A stretch of 42,558 nucleotides of DNA from a virus (Duplodnaviria > Caudoviricetes). Of the stretch, positions 33,279 through 42,558 are shown piece after piece (the first letter of the stretch is position 1; the number at the start of each line of letters is the position of its first letter). Position numbers and translations under genes: made by a program. The notes under the pieces are model-generated. The model was not told where the DNA came from, ran no database searches, and was given only the letters and a program-made list of their open reading frames with translations. The DNA lies in the IMG/VR virus record IMGVR_UViG_3300048599_000899, positions 1 through 42,558 of that record. The stretch is one strand, 5' to 3'.

Positions 33279-34804
33279 TCCTCGTAGAGTTGACGGCCGC
33301 CGTTGACGATGGCGGCGTTGGCCGGACCTTCTACCTCTCGACCGAGGGGTTCGTGACCGGTCCGGCCGATACGCCCGCCGATACGGTGTTCGAGCCTCGG
33401 CTGAGGGACGCCGGCTCGATTGGCGTCAGCCTGTTCGGCGCCCGACGGACCCGGGGCAGTTCTGACCTGCAGGTCGGGGCGCTCAAGGTGATCAACAACG
33501 ACCGCGCGCTCGATGCCTGGGACGACTATTCGTTCGACGGTCGGCCGGTCGTGATCCGCATCGGGACCGGCGGCGCCTATCCGGCGGCGTTCACGACCCT
33601 GTTCGCTGGGACGGTGGATGGCGTCGAAGCGGGTATCGATTCCATCGTGATCAAGCTGCGGGACACCGCTCGCGTCCTCTCAGACCCTGTGCTGACCGTG
33701 CGCTTCGCGGGGACGAACATTGGGCCGGTTGGGCTGGAAGGCACGGCTGACGACCTGAAGGGAAGCGTGAAGCCCGAGGTTTTCGGCAAGGTCTTCAACA
33801 TCCTGCCGCGATGTGTGAACACCTCGGAACTGGTCTACTTGGTCAGCAACAGCCCCCTCGGAGAGATCACCGAGGTCTATGACCAGGGCGTACCGCTCAC
33901 CTTCGGCGTCGACCATGGCAGTTCGTCAGCGCTGATCGCGGCGACCATCGCCAGCGGCCACTATGACACCTGTCTGGCCGAGGGCCTCTTCCGCCTGGGA
34001 TCATCGCCGGTCGGCGAAGTGACGGCAAACGCGGCTTCGGGCCCGGACGATACGGAACGCACGGTGGCGCAGCTTCTCCGAGCGCTCGCCACCCGAGCGG
34101 GAAGCATCGTCGCGGACGATGATGTCTCTCGGCTCGACTTCGTAACCTTGAGGCCGGACGAGAGCCCGCAGCCGGTCGGGATCTATCTCTCGGACGAGAC
34201 CAGCTATCGCGACGCCATGGACGCCCTTGCGGCCTCGCTGGGGGTGTGGTGGGCCTTCGATACGTCCAGCGTCCTGCGGATGGGGCAGTTGCAGGCTCCG
34301 GCCCAGGGCATGAGCGCGGGCGACATCATCGAGTCCGAAATCTTGCAGGGGTTCGAGCGGCAGTTGGCGGACGGTTCGGCCGCGCCGGTCTGGCGCGTGA
34401 CGGTGCGCTATCGCAAGTTCTGGACGACACAGACGACCGGCCTTGCGGGCGACGTGGACCCGCCGCGCCGCGCCGCTCTGGCCCTCGAATACCGCTCGGT
34501 GACGGCCGAAGACGCGAGCGTCAAGGTCAAAAACCTGCTGGCGCGCGAACTGACCGTCGACACCCTCCTGATCGAGGAGGCCGACGCTCAGGCCGAGGCC
34601 GATCGGTTGCTAGCGCTCTATCGCACGCCCCGGCGCTGCTACGACGTTCCGGTCACGCAGGACGTTTTCGCCGCATCCCAGGCGAGGCTTGGGGGACAGG
34701 TGGCGCTCTATCACTCGCGCTACGGGCTGGCCGCCGGGCGCGACCTTGTCGTCCTTGGATATGACCTATCCCGCCAGAAGGCGGTCCTGAGCCTCTGGGG
34801 GTAG
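33275..34804 (+). CDS. Tail tip / baseplate hub-like protein
   Basis: Follows tape measure; KP.VFGKVFNI.P, VYDQG, AQAEADRLLALY. Confidence 0.7.
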   Translation: MILVELTAAVDDGGVGRTFYLSTEGFVTGPADTPADTVFEPRLRDAGSIGVSLFGARRTRGSSDLQVGALKVINNDRALDAWDDYSFDGRPVVIRIGTGGAYPAAFTTLFAGTVDGVEAGIDSIVIKLRDTARVLSDPVLTVRFAGTNIGPVGLEGTADDLKGSVKPEVFGKVFNILPRCVNTSELVYLVSNSPLGEITEVYDQGVPLTFGVDHGSSSALIAATIASGHYDTCLAEGLFRLGSSPVGEVTANAASGPDDTERTVAQLLRALATRAGSIVADDDVSRLDFVTLRPDESPQPVGIYLSDETSYRDAMDALAASLGVWWAFDTSSVLRMGQLQAPAQGMSAGDIIESEILQGFERQLADGSAAPVWRVTVRYRKFWTTQTTGLAGDVDPPRRAALALEYRSVTAEDASVKVKNLLARELTVDTLLIEEADAQAEADRLLALYRTPRRCYDVPVTQDVFAASQARLGGQVALYHSRYGLAAGRDLVVLGYDLSRQKAVLSLWG

Positions 34805-34807
34805 TCG

Positions 34808-35740
34808 ATGACCTTGCTGCTGCTCCTGGGTTCTGGTGCTGCGCCAGGGCCCGTGATCCCCGTCGCGCCGGAGCCTGCAGATCACGTCTTCGTCGCCTGG
34901 AACAACCTGATCGACGGCGCCGTGATCGGCGGGGGAAACTGGCGGCCGACGCTGCCGCTGGCGAACCTCAAGAATAGGACCCTGGTGCGGGTGGCGCGAT
35001 CGCTCGACGCCTCGCCGGCCTCGACCTGGCTCGATATCGACGTCGGAACCTTCAAGCGGTGGCGCGGCTTCGCGGTCCAGGATCACAACCTCACCTTGGC
35101 GGCCCTCTATCGGCTGCGCGCCTCCTACGACCCAGCCCACACTTCGACCGACTACGACAGCGGCTGGCGAGACGTCTGGCCGCCGGTTTACGACGAAGGC
35201 GAGTTGGAGTGGGGTGACGTCAACTTCTGGGAGCGCACCTACTCTGAGGACGAGCGCCGCGGCTATATCTGGCACCTGATAGACCGGCTGCCGCAGGCAA
35301 CCGACGCCCGTTACATCCGCCTTGAGCTCTACGACCCGCTCAATCCGGCCAGCTTCGTACAGCTTGGGCGCATCTTCATCGGCGGCTCCAGTTGGGTGCC
35401 CAGCAGCAATATCGCCACCGGCGGGAGCCTGGGCTGGGAGGACGATAGCGAAATCCTGCAGGCCGTTGGCGGCGCTGAGTATTTCAATGAACTGCCCCGC
35501 TATCGGGTGGCCCGCTTCACCATCAACAACCTCGGAAACGATGAGGCCTACGGCAAGGCGTTCGAACTGATCCGCCAGGCCGGCCGCACGCGCGAGGTGC
35601 TGATCATGTGGAACCCCAGCGACACCAAGCACGCGATCCGCCGCCAGTTCGTCGGCAGGCTCCGCCAGCTTTCGCCGATCGAGCATCCTTATCCGCTGAT
35701 CGATAGCGCCGCCTTCGAGTTCAAGGAGAACCAGCGATGA
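34808..35740 (+). CDS. Minor tail protein
   Basis: Position; LPLANL, HNLT, ARYIRLE, QLGRIFIG. Confidence 0.7.
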   Translation: MTLLLLLGSGAAPGPVIPVAPEPADHVFVAWNNLIDGAVIGGGNWRPTLPLANLKNRTLVRVARSLDASPASTWLDIDVGTFKRWRGFAVQDHNLTLAALYRLRASYDPAHTSTDYDSGWRDVWPPVYDEGELEWGDVNFWERTYSEDERRGYIWHLIDRLPQATDARYIRLELYDPLNPASFVQLGRIFIGGSSWVPSSNIATGGSLGWEDDSEILQAVGGAEYFNELPRYRVARFTINNLGNDEAYGKAFELIRQAGRTREVLIMWNPSDTKHAIRRQFVGRLRQLSPIEHPYPLIDSAAFEFKENQR

Positions 35741-36672
35741 CCTCGGTCACCTTTCCCCCGGAAGTCGGCGGCGACGGCTCCACCGTCTCGGACGACGAGA
35801 ACCCGAACACCGGGCTTCGTAAGGGCGGATACACGACCCGCTTCGTCGCAGCGCTGGTGCAGATGGTGGCCATCGCTCAAGTCGGGGTGGTGAAGGCGCA
35901 AGAGGCGGCGGCCTCAGCGGTCTCGGCGATGAATGCACCGGCCACCAATGCGACTTCACCCACGCCATTGTCCCTAACCGACAGCGGCTCTATCAGCCTC
36001 ACCTTGGCCGAGGTCGGTAAGGCCTTCACCGTCGGGATGACGATCGGCGTTGCGCGGACGTCCGATCCGCTGAAGCAGATGATCGGGGTGATCACCGCCT
36101 TCAACTCCAACACCGGCGTCATGACGGTGGCGATGCAGTCGAAGTCCGAAGCCGCCGGCCCCTTCTCGGATTGGACGATTTTTCGCACTGCGACCGGCGG
36201 CATCCCCGCCACCCGCGCCGTCAGCGTCACCGGTGGCCTATTGACGGGCGGCGGCACGCTTGCCGCTGACTTCAGCATCGGCCTTCCCAAGCTGACCGCG
36301 ACCGAAGTGGCGGCCGGGACGAAGGACGACGCGGTGATGACCGCCAAGAACTTCGCCGACGCCGGCAAGGCGCAAACGCTGACCTATGCCGCGAACATCG
36401 CCTGGCCGATCCAGCGCCGGAAGGCGAGGGTGGTGCTGACCGGCAATGGCGCCGTCCAGGAACCGACCGGGGCCGTCGAGGGCGCGTTCTACTCATTGGA
36501 GCTTGCCCAGGACGCCACAGGCGGCTGGCTCGCCTCCTTCGCCAGTTGTTTCGAGTTCGAGGACGGGGAGACGCCGGACATGCCCTCGGCGCCGAACGCG
36601 GTCCTGCGGCTCTACATGGAGTGCCTCGCCACCTCGCCGACGCTGCGAATGTTCGTGAGGAGCGCCCGGTAG
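35737..36672 (+). CDS. Tail fibre protein
   Basis: Ser/Thr/Gly-rich; GGLLTGGGTL, AGTKDD..MT, VLTGN...P, QDATGG. Confidence 0.75.
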   Translation: MTSVTFPPEVGGDGSTVSDDENPNTGLRKGGYTTRFVAALVQMVAIAQVGVVKAQEAAASAVSAMNAPATNATSPTPLSLTDSGSISLTLAEVGKAFTVGMTIGVARTSDPLKQMIGVITAFNSNTGVMTVAMQSKSEAAGPFSDWTIFRTATGGIPATRAVSVTGGLLTGGGTLAADFSIGLPKLTATEVAAGTKDDAVMTAKNFADAGKAQTLTYAANIAWPIQRRKARVVLTGNGAVQEPTGAVEGAFYSLELAQDATGGWLASFASCFEFEDGETPDMPSAPNAVLRLYMECLATSPTLRMFVRSAR

Positions 36673-37433
36673 TGGACGCTCAAATGATGATGGGGTCGAG
36701 CGCGCCGCTGGAGGCCAAGGCGTTGTTCGCCCGGATGACGACGCCGCCCTCGAATGCCCGCAAGGCCCAGATCACCAGGCTGATCCGAACCCTCAAGCAG
36801 GCCGGCATCTGGACGAAGCTCGACGTCCTCTATGTCTACGCCGCGGCCGACAGCCAGGCCGCGCTGCTGAACTGGAAGGGGGCGACGTTCGACGCGACGA
36901 ACCACGGCGCCGCCTTCACCGCGGACCGCGGGTTCACCGGTGATGGTGTCGACGACTACATCTCAACCGGCTTCTACATCGGGTCCGGCCAGACGAGTTT
37001 TGCCGACCTGATGTTCGGCGTCTCCATCCGGACCGTGCCGACGAGTAGCTGGAAGTTCGCCGTCGGGACGATGGTGACTTCCAACTATGCCACGCTCCAG
37101 GTCCTTCCCTATGCAATCTCCGCGGTCATCAGCCGGGGCGTAGATACCAATCTAGGTGTAGGTCTATCTGGGGTCGGCAATATCCAGGTCCAGAAGGCCG
37201 GGGGCACGCTGACCGGTTACCGCAATGGGCTATTGATCGGGACGCGAACCTCGACGCTGACCGCGGGCATCGACAAGCCCTTCTTCATCTCCGCGGCCAA
37301 CGGCAACGGAACCCCTAGCGGCTTCTTCGATGGTCGGATCGCGGCCGCCTATTTCGGACTGTCGCTGAGCGCGGCCCAGGCAGTCGCCCTGGACGGGGCG
37401 CTCCAGACCTACTTCGCAGCCGTCGGAGCCTGA
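36672..37433 (+). CDS. Fibre-associated protein (lectin/LamG-like C-terminal beta domain possible)
   Basis: GTG overlaps the upstream TAG; LKQAGIWTKLD, GDGVDDYISTG, YRNG, GRIAAAYFG. Confidence 0.65.
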   Translation: MDAQMMMGSSAPLEAKALFARMTTPPSNARKAQITRLIRTLKQAGIWTKLDVLYVYAAADSQAALLNWKGATFDATNHGAAFTADRGFTGDGVDDYISTGFYIGSGQTSFADLMFGVSIRTVPTSSWKFAVGTMVTSNYATLQVLPYAISAVISRGVDTNLGVGLSGVGNIQVQKAGGTLTGYRNGLLIGTRTSTLTAGIDKPFFISAANGNGTPSGFFDGRIAAAYFGLSLSAAQAVALDGALQTYFAAVGA

Positions 37434-37434
37434 G

Positions 37435-38109
37435 ATGCGCAAAGCCTTCGTTCATGACGGCGTCGCCCTCGAGGTGTTCGCAGGCCGGCCTTTCATGTCT
37501 CCGATCACCCGGCAGAGCTACGGCGCCCGCTGGCTGCTCAATGCAGATGAGGAGGCTCAAGCGGGGATCGGGCTCCTCGATGTTGTGGAGGCGAACCCCC
37601 CGGGGCCTCGTCAGCGGATCGTCTCCACGGCGCTTCGAGCCATCAACGGCTTGCCGGTCGAGGTCCATGACCTTGAGGATATCCCGGTCTCTGAACGTCA
37701 GGCGGCCCTCATCCGCGATATCGACGCCGAACGCGACCGCCGGCAGCAGCTCGACTTCAGCTACGACTTCGGTGAGACCCTGGCACAGGACGACGCAGGC
37801 AACGTCCAGCCGGCCGGCGTGAAGTCGCTCCAGATGCGGTTCGACCCCGACCAGCGCAACTGGCAAGCGCTGCAGTCCCAAGCTGTTGTGGCGGTTATGG
37901 CCGGGCAGGGCGGCGCCGACATGCCGATGCGGGCCGAGGACAACTACAACATCGCCACGACGGCGGCCCAGGTCATCGAGGTGACCCGGGCGATGGTGGA
38001 GCGCAATGCGGCGATCCTGTTCTACGGCGGGGCCCTGAAGTCACAGGTCCGGTCCGCGACCACTCACGAAGCGCTGGACGCGATCAGCATCACCGTGGGC
38101 TGGCCGTGA
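37435..38109 (+). CDS. DUF4376-like tail fibre-associated protein
   Basis: IDAERDRR, RAEDN, LK..V..A...EALDAI...WP C-terminus. Confidence 0.7.
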   Translation: MRKAFVHDGVALEVFAGRPFMSPITRQSYGARWLLNADEEAQAGIGLLDVVEANPPGPRQRIVSTALRAINGLPVEVHDLEDIPVSERQAALIRDIDAERDRRQQLDFSYDFGETLAQDDAGNVQPAGVKSLQMRFDPDQRNWQALQSQAVVAVMAGQGGADMPMRAEDNYNIATTAAQVIEVTRAMVERNAAILFYGGALKSQVRSATTHEALDAISITVGWP

Positions 38110-38318
38110 GCCGCAAAGCCTTTCGGATCCTGGTCGCGCTCGACCAACTCCTGAACGCGATCCTCAATGGCTATCCAGATGAGACGATCTCATCGCGTGC
38201 TGCCAAGGCCGCCCGGCGTGGTGAGCGCTGGGGCTGCGTCCTCTGCCGCATCCTCCACTGGATCGACCGCGACCATTGCGAGCGCGTGATCGAACTCGAC
38301 GAGGGCAAGCCGGTTTAG
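38106..38318 (+). CDS. Small conserved phage protein
   Basis: ALDQLLNAIL.G.PDETISSR...C..L..ID.DHC. Confidence 0.8.
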   Translation: MSRKAFRILVALDQLLNAILNGYPDETISSRAAKAARRGERWGCVLCRILHWIDRDHCERVIELDEGKPV

Positions 38319-38401
38319 CCGGCCCTCCAACCCCGACCCAACAACTCGCCACCTGCCAGGCCAACGGCCTGCGCCACCCCATCCACGGGAGATGAACCCC
38401 T

Positions 38402-39127
38402 ATGGCAATTCAAGACGTCGTACTCCCAGGTGCTGGGTCGAAGGTCGCTACCGACAAGATCGGCGCCGACCGGCTCGTCCAAATCCTCAAGATCGCCGTC
38501 GGTGCAGAGGGCGTGCTTGCGCTCGCCGCAGCCGGCGCTGGCGCTGTCGACGCAGGGACGCTGCGAACGACCCTGGCAAGCGATGATGCGGCGGTCGTCG
38601 CCTTGGCGAGTTTGATCAGCACTGTGGGGGCGGCCTCTGATGCGGCGTGGGACTACGGGGCCACTGGCACACTCAACGCGATCGGCAAGGCGCAGGCGAA
38701 TGAGCTCGTGGCCCAAGGGCTCAAGCTCGGTGAGTTGGATGACGCCCAATGGGACGGGACTGGAAACCCGGCCAGCTTGATCGCGCTGTGGAAGCGTCTC
38801 GCGAACAATGACCCTGTAATCGTCACTCCGTCGTCGGCGGAATACGAGACCGTCGCGGCCTCGCAGACCGACCAAATGATGGGGGTGACCGGCGCCATCG
38901 GTGATACCATCGAGGGGATCTTGGTCATCCCGGCGTCGACATCGCCTGGAGCGATCTCGATTGAGGATGGCTCGACCAACACGACTGTTTTCGCGGGTGG
39001 CGCGTCGAGCGTCACGAGCCTGATCCCGTTCTACATCCCCCTCAACAACATCGCGACCGTGAGCGGGGGCTGGGAGATCACGACGGGAGCTAACGTCTCC
39101 TGCATCGTTTTCGGGACTTTCAGCTAA
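38402..39127 (+). CDS. Putative virion decoration / fibre adaptor protein
   Basis: GAGSKVATDKIG...QILKI N-terminus; beta-rich C-terminal domain. Confidence 0.6.
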   Translation: MAIQDVVLPGAGSKVATDKIGADRLVQILKIAVGAEGVLALAAAGAGAVDAGTLRTTLASDDAAVVALASLISTVGAASDAAWDYGATGTLNAIGKAQANELVAQGLKLGELDDAQWDGTGNPASLIALWKRLANNDPVIVTPSSAEYETVAASQTDQMMGVTGAIGDTIEGILVIPASTSPGAISIEDGSTNTTVFAGGASSVTSLIPFYIPLNNIATVSGGWEITTGANVSCIVFGTFS

Positions 39128-39810
39128 TGGGGCTGCGCCTTCGCAGAGGGGCTGTTGCGGCCACAGCTATCGCGGCGCTGGCCGCGCCGCCGGCCGCAGC
39201 CGGCGTCACGATCACGCATCGGTCGTATGTCGACCACGGCGACACGGCAGGGCCGTGGACTAGCACCGCCGTTGACATTGGGGCGGCGGACGCCAGCCGT
39301 GTTGTCGGCGTCCTAATCTACGTCGGCCATGCGTCGGGCCAGGCGACTGTTACAATCAACGGAACCGCGGCGACGCCAGTCGTCAGGTCTGCGGCCGGCA
39401 CGCGCATCATCGACTATTGGGAGTTGGCGGTTCCCACCGGCACCACGGCCGACATCGTCATCACCTCCGCGAGCGGCGGGACTCGGGCAGCGCGCTCGAT
39501 CTTCACCGTGACCGGCCAATCGACGCCGGGCTACACCGCGCGCAATAATTCAACGCCGCAAGCTGAAGCCAGCAACACGTCTTGCACGCTTCCGTCAGTC
39601 GCCGGGAGCGTGTTGGTCGCAGGGGCCTTCGTAAACGGGGTGGGCGCCATCTCTTGGTCTGGCGCGCCTGGTGCTACCCACGCCAATGACCAGGTCGGCG
39701 GCGGCCCGCAGTTTTCGACCTTCTCAACATCACCTGGCGGCGTTGCACTCACCCCATTTTGGGGGGGAGCGGCGGCGCTTTGGCGGTCCCTGGCGGTCGG
39801 GTACAGCTAG
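39127..39810 (+). CDS. Hypothetical beta-rich virion protein
   Basis: TAATG coupling; Thr/Gly/Ala-rich. Confidence 0.7.
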   Translation: MGLRLRRGAVAATAIAALAAPPAAAGVTITHRSYVDHGDTAGPWTSTAVDIGAADASRVVGVLIYVGHASGQATVTINGTAATPVVRSAAGTRIIDYWELAVPTGTTADIVITSASGGTRAARSIFTVTGQSTPGYTARNNSTPQAEASNTSCTLPSVAGSVLVAGAFVNGVGAISWSGAPGATHANDQVGGGPQFSTFSTSPGGVALTPFWGGAAALWRSLAVGYS

Positions 39811-42558
39811 ATGCCACGCAAACTTCGCCTTCTCGGGGCGCCGCGATGGCGTCCGCCGGCGGTTATGCCGCCGATCAAACTGACTCCACTCCTGTTCTCG
39901 GCCAATTTCTTCGACAAGGACACGGCGCCGGGGACTGTGCTCGCCGACCTGACGCCGCTCCCCGAGGTTGGGGAGACGCGCTCCTTTGTGCCGCCGACCA
40001 CATCGAGCGACGACGTCTATCTGAGTGGAGACGGCACGCAGATTCTCCGCGGCTCCGGAGGTGGGTGGACGTCTGCGGGGGGCATCTCCTACGACGTGCG
40101 CCGCACCTTGGCCGCGGCCATCAACAGCCCGCTCGACACGACCTGGAATGTCACCCTCTACACGCCGGGGGATATTCCTGTCGTGGAGGTAGGAGCAGCG
40201 TGGAACGGTACGGCCGACAGTGGATGGGGCGGTTCGCCGCCGACGTCCAGCGTGTTGGACACCACGACAGTTCGCGCCGTCATCAATCTTGCCGTCTCCT
40301 GGCACGAGACGATCACGGGTGACACCCTCCTGTGCTTCGACGCGGGCGCGGCCTTCGACGGCATCTCGTCAGTTGACGCGTTGGTTGAGGGCAACAGCGT
40401 CAACATCCCCGAACCAAGCTGGCAGATGATCACGGACCCGCGCGACGGCTCGTCCGTTCCGTTACATGGCTATTGGTTCAAGCTGATTAAACCGACGGCC
40501 GACAGCGGAACCATCCGCGTGCGCGGTCGGGCGAATACAAGCAACCCCGGCATTGCCGCTACGATCTCGGCGGCCTACGACTTCTATCCGCGCGCCGCCG
40601 CTTATGACGTCAAGAAGACTGTCGCCTACAGCGCCGTCGTGCATCCCACCGCGGATTACACAGGCTCCACCGCACTTACGCAGGCGCTCAACTATAAGGG
40701 TGCGAACGACAACGAGACCGTCTGGATCGAAATCCTCGACAATCCACCGACCCTGGGGTGGAACGTCGGCGAGCCCGCGAACACGCACCTTGCGCCAACG
40801 GCCTGGACCAAGATTTACGGCGCGGCCGGTCAAACCATCCGCATCGGCGACTATACCGATGCTGGCACGCAATGCGATATCGACGGCATCTGGTGGGGTG
40901 AGAACCTTCAACTTGACATAAGCGCGATAGGTAACGGCTCTGCTGCATTCAACATGGTGGGGACTCGACGCGTCAAATTTTGGGGGACGTCCATCACGGG
41001 CGGAAATCCTGGGTCCGAAGGGGGTTCCGCGTGGAGCGGCAACGGGGCGTCGGCACTCTACAAGCGCCGCCAGCCGAGCGGCTTCTTTGTCTATCCCGCC
41101 ACTAACCTAGCGAGGGATTGTACAATAATTGCGGGCTTTTGCGACTATTCGGAAATGCCGGCGTTTGGTCCCGGCTACGCAAAGCTCGCGATATACAACA
41201 CGGTTGATGGCGTGTCGGGTTCATGTTTTGAGGGGCCGCGTGGTCCTGTCCTGTTCAACACCGCACGGGCTGTTGGCGGACGGCAGGCTGGCCTGCGGGG
41301 CTACAATCCCGCCGTCCGCATCGTCGCCGACCGCACGATGTACCCCTATGTCGCCATCGAGAAGACACCTACCAACGGCAACGTCATTGCGTCGGGTCAG
41401 GTGCCCTCATCCCTGACCACGGCAGGCTCGGGATACACGGACGGCGTTTTTGATGCCGACAAAGGGCCGCGCTGGGCATGTACTGGCGGTAGTGGGACGG
41501 GAATGCTGTTTGACGTCGTGGTTTCCGGCGGCGTCGTGACATCGGCCAAGTGTGTAAAGAGCACTCTGATGGGCTCGGGCTACCAACCCGGCGATGTTGT
41601 AACCCTAGTTCAGTCTGGTGTGACGCCAACCACACCGGCGACGGTTACGCTTGGCAGTACGTTCCGGCTGTATGGCGGCGCTTCTGAGGCTGCCGCGACA
41701 ATCATTGGTGAGATGCTGCTCTATGCGGGTATGTCGCACCTTGATGTAGTCGCGATGCTGGACGCCGTTGACGGCGTAACCGCCACCAGTCTCAGCCCGG
41801 CCCACGACCTGGACGTGTCGTTCCTGACCTACGACGCGCAGCCTTCGGCGGGGGTCAGCGTCGCTAACGAGCTATCAAAGGCCATCGTGAAACGCACCTG
41901 GAGCGGGTCTACGTTCGACCTGTCGCTGGGTCAGGACATCCACTCCGACGTCGTTGTGTATCCAGGCGACTGGCTGAACTTCTCGGTCCGATTCAACACC
42001 TTCATCGACTATATCGAGAGCGCGCCGTTTTCTTTCGGGAAGGCGTCCAAGGTCAATGGCGCGGTTGTCACCCACAACTGTTGGTACGATACGACCGCAA
42101 CGATTTCCGGCCTGACGGCCCAGCAAGGCTACATGCAAGGCGGCCCGCACCCGCACCTTGTGTTCAGGCACAATACGCAGGTCAGCGCGGCAACCGCGAA
42201 TGGGACCGGTGGTTGGTTCTTTGGGTCACTTTTCAGCGTCCCGGCTGGAGGGTTCTTCGACGTCTCTCAAAACCTCACCGATGGCTTTGGATGGAGTGTC
42301 CCCAGAGACGATGATGTGATCTGGCACAACAACCTGCATCGAAACCGGACGCAAACCCAGGTCGATGCGTTGACGGCCGACCCCGCAACGGACGGCGACA
42401 GTCGTGGTCTTGGGGGAGCGAGTATCGCCTCGCTGCTTCCAGACCTCTTGGCGTCTGACAGCTTCGTGCCTAGCACAGCGGCGCGGCTCTCTGATCTGTC
42501 CTGGGCCGGAGCCTTTACGGGCTCAGGCGACTACGCGGACATAGCGCCTGCGCCTTAG
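39811..42558 (+). CDS. Large tailspike / receptor-binding protein, possible beta-helix depolymerase
   Basis: 915 aa, Gly/Thr/Asn-rich; short beta repeats (VRFNTF, VTHNCW, FRHNT, SQNL, WHNN), DIHSD; GSGY...GGSGTG...GSGY insert; stop at the last base. Confidence 0.65.
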   Translation: MPRKLRLLGAPRWRPPAVMPPIKLTPLLFSANFFDKDTAPGTVLADLTPLPEVGETRSFVPPTTSSDDVYLSGDGTQILRGSGGGWTSAGGISYDVRRTLAAAINSPLDTTWNVTLYTPGDIPVVEVGAAWNGTADSGWGGSPPTSSVLDTTTVRAVINLAVSWHETITGDTLLCFDAGAAFDGISSVDALVEGNSVNIPEPSWQMITDPRDGSSVPLHGYWFKLIKPTADSGTIRVRGRANTSNPGIAATISAAYDFYPRAAAYDVKKTVAYSAVVHPTADYTGSTALTQALNYKGANDNETVWIEILDNPPTLGWNVGEPANTHLAPTAWTKIYGAAGQTIRIGDYTDAGTQCDIDGIWWGENLQLDISAIGNGSAAFNMVGTRRVKFWGTSITGGNPGSEGGSAWSGNGASALYKRRQPSGFFVYPATNLARDCTIIAGFCDYSEMPAFGPGYAKLAIYNTVDGVSGSCFEGPRGPVLFNTARAVGGRQAGLRGYNPAVRIVADRTMYPYVAIEKTPTNGNVIASGQVPSSLTTAGSGYTDGVFDADKGPRWACTGGSGTGMLFDVVVSGGVVTSAKCVKSTLMGSGYQPGDVVTLVQSGVTPTTPATVTLGSTFRLYGGASEAAATIIGEMLLYAGMSHLDVVAMLDAVDGVTATSLSPAHDLDVSFLTYDAQPSAGVSVANELSKAIVKRTWSGSTFDLSLGQDIHSDVVVYPGDWLNFSVRFNTFIDYIESAPFSFGKASKVNGAVVTHNCWYDTTATISGLTAQQGYMQGGPHPHLVFRHNTQVSAATANGTGGWFFGSLFSVPAGGFFDVSQNLTDGFGWSVPRDDDVIWHNNLHRNRTQTQVDALTADPATDGDSRGLGGASIASLLPDLLASDSFVPSTAARLSDLSWAGAFTGSGDYADIAPAP

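Larger units (their letters stand above)
1..42558. mobile_element. Temperate siphovirus-like phage/prophage (partial; integrase and lysis genes not in window)
   Basis: Gene order cI/cro/cII - replication - terminase - portal - capsid - connector - tail tube - chaperone - tape measure - fibres, with no host housekeeping genes. Confidence 0.97.

Noticed and set aside
35737-42558. Diversity-generating retroelement or invertible fibre cassette
   Set aside because: No reverse transcriptase, invertase, or template/variable repeat pair is visible in the window.

Overview
The whole window is a GC-rich temperate tailed phage or prophage with siphovirus-type architecture. A GcrA homologue points to an alphaproteobacterial host, probably Caulobacterales (inference). 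From left to right it holds: part of the leftward early operon (pentapeptide-repeat gene, truncated); a lambda-like immunity switch (S24-type CI, Cro, three-plus-three palindromic operators, CII-like gene); a rightward early operon (GapR-like, VRR-NUC, DnaA-C-like HTH, GcrA, two DNA methyltransferases, DUF1376 initiator, split primase plus helicase, nucleases, late regulator); then packaging, head, connector, tail and fibre genes up to the window edge. No integrase, att site or lysis cassette is visible. The main candidates for something new are: (1) a glycosyltransferase / O-methyltransferase / glycosyltransferase-like cassette coupled between portal and scaffold (possible virion glycosylation); (2) a hairpin-dense stretch of about 450 nt with no convincing ORF between OL and cI (possible ncRNA), one loop of which is complementary to the HNH leader loop; (3) a beta-subunit gene nested out of frame in the C5 methyltransferase; (4) a naturally split primase; (5) a cluster of host cell-cycle regulator mimics and many C-terminal Ala-Ala ends. 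All calls come from reading motifs by eye; no searches were run.
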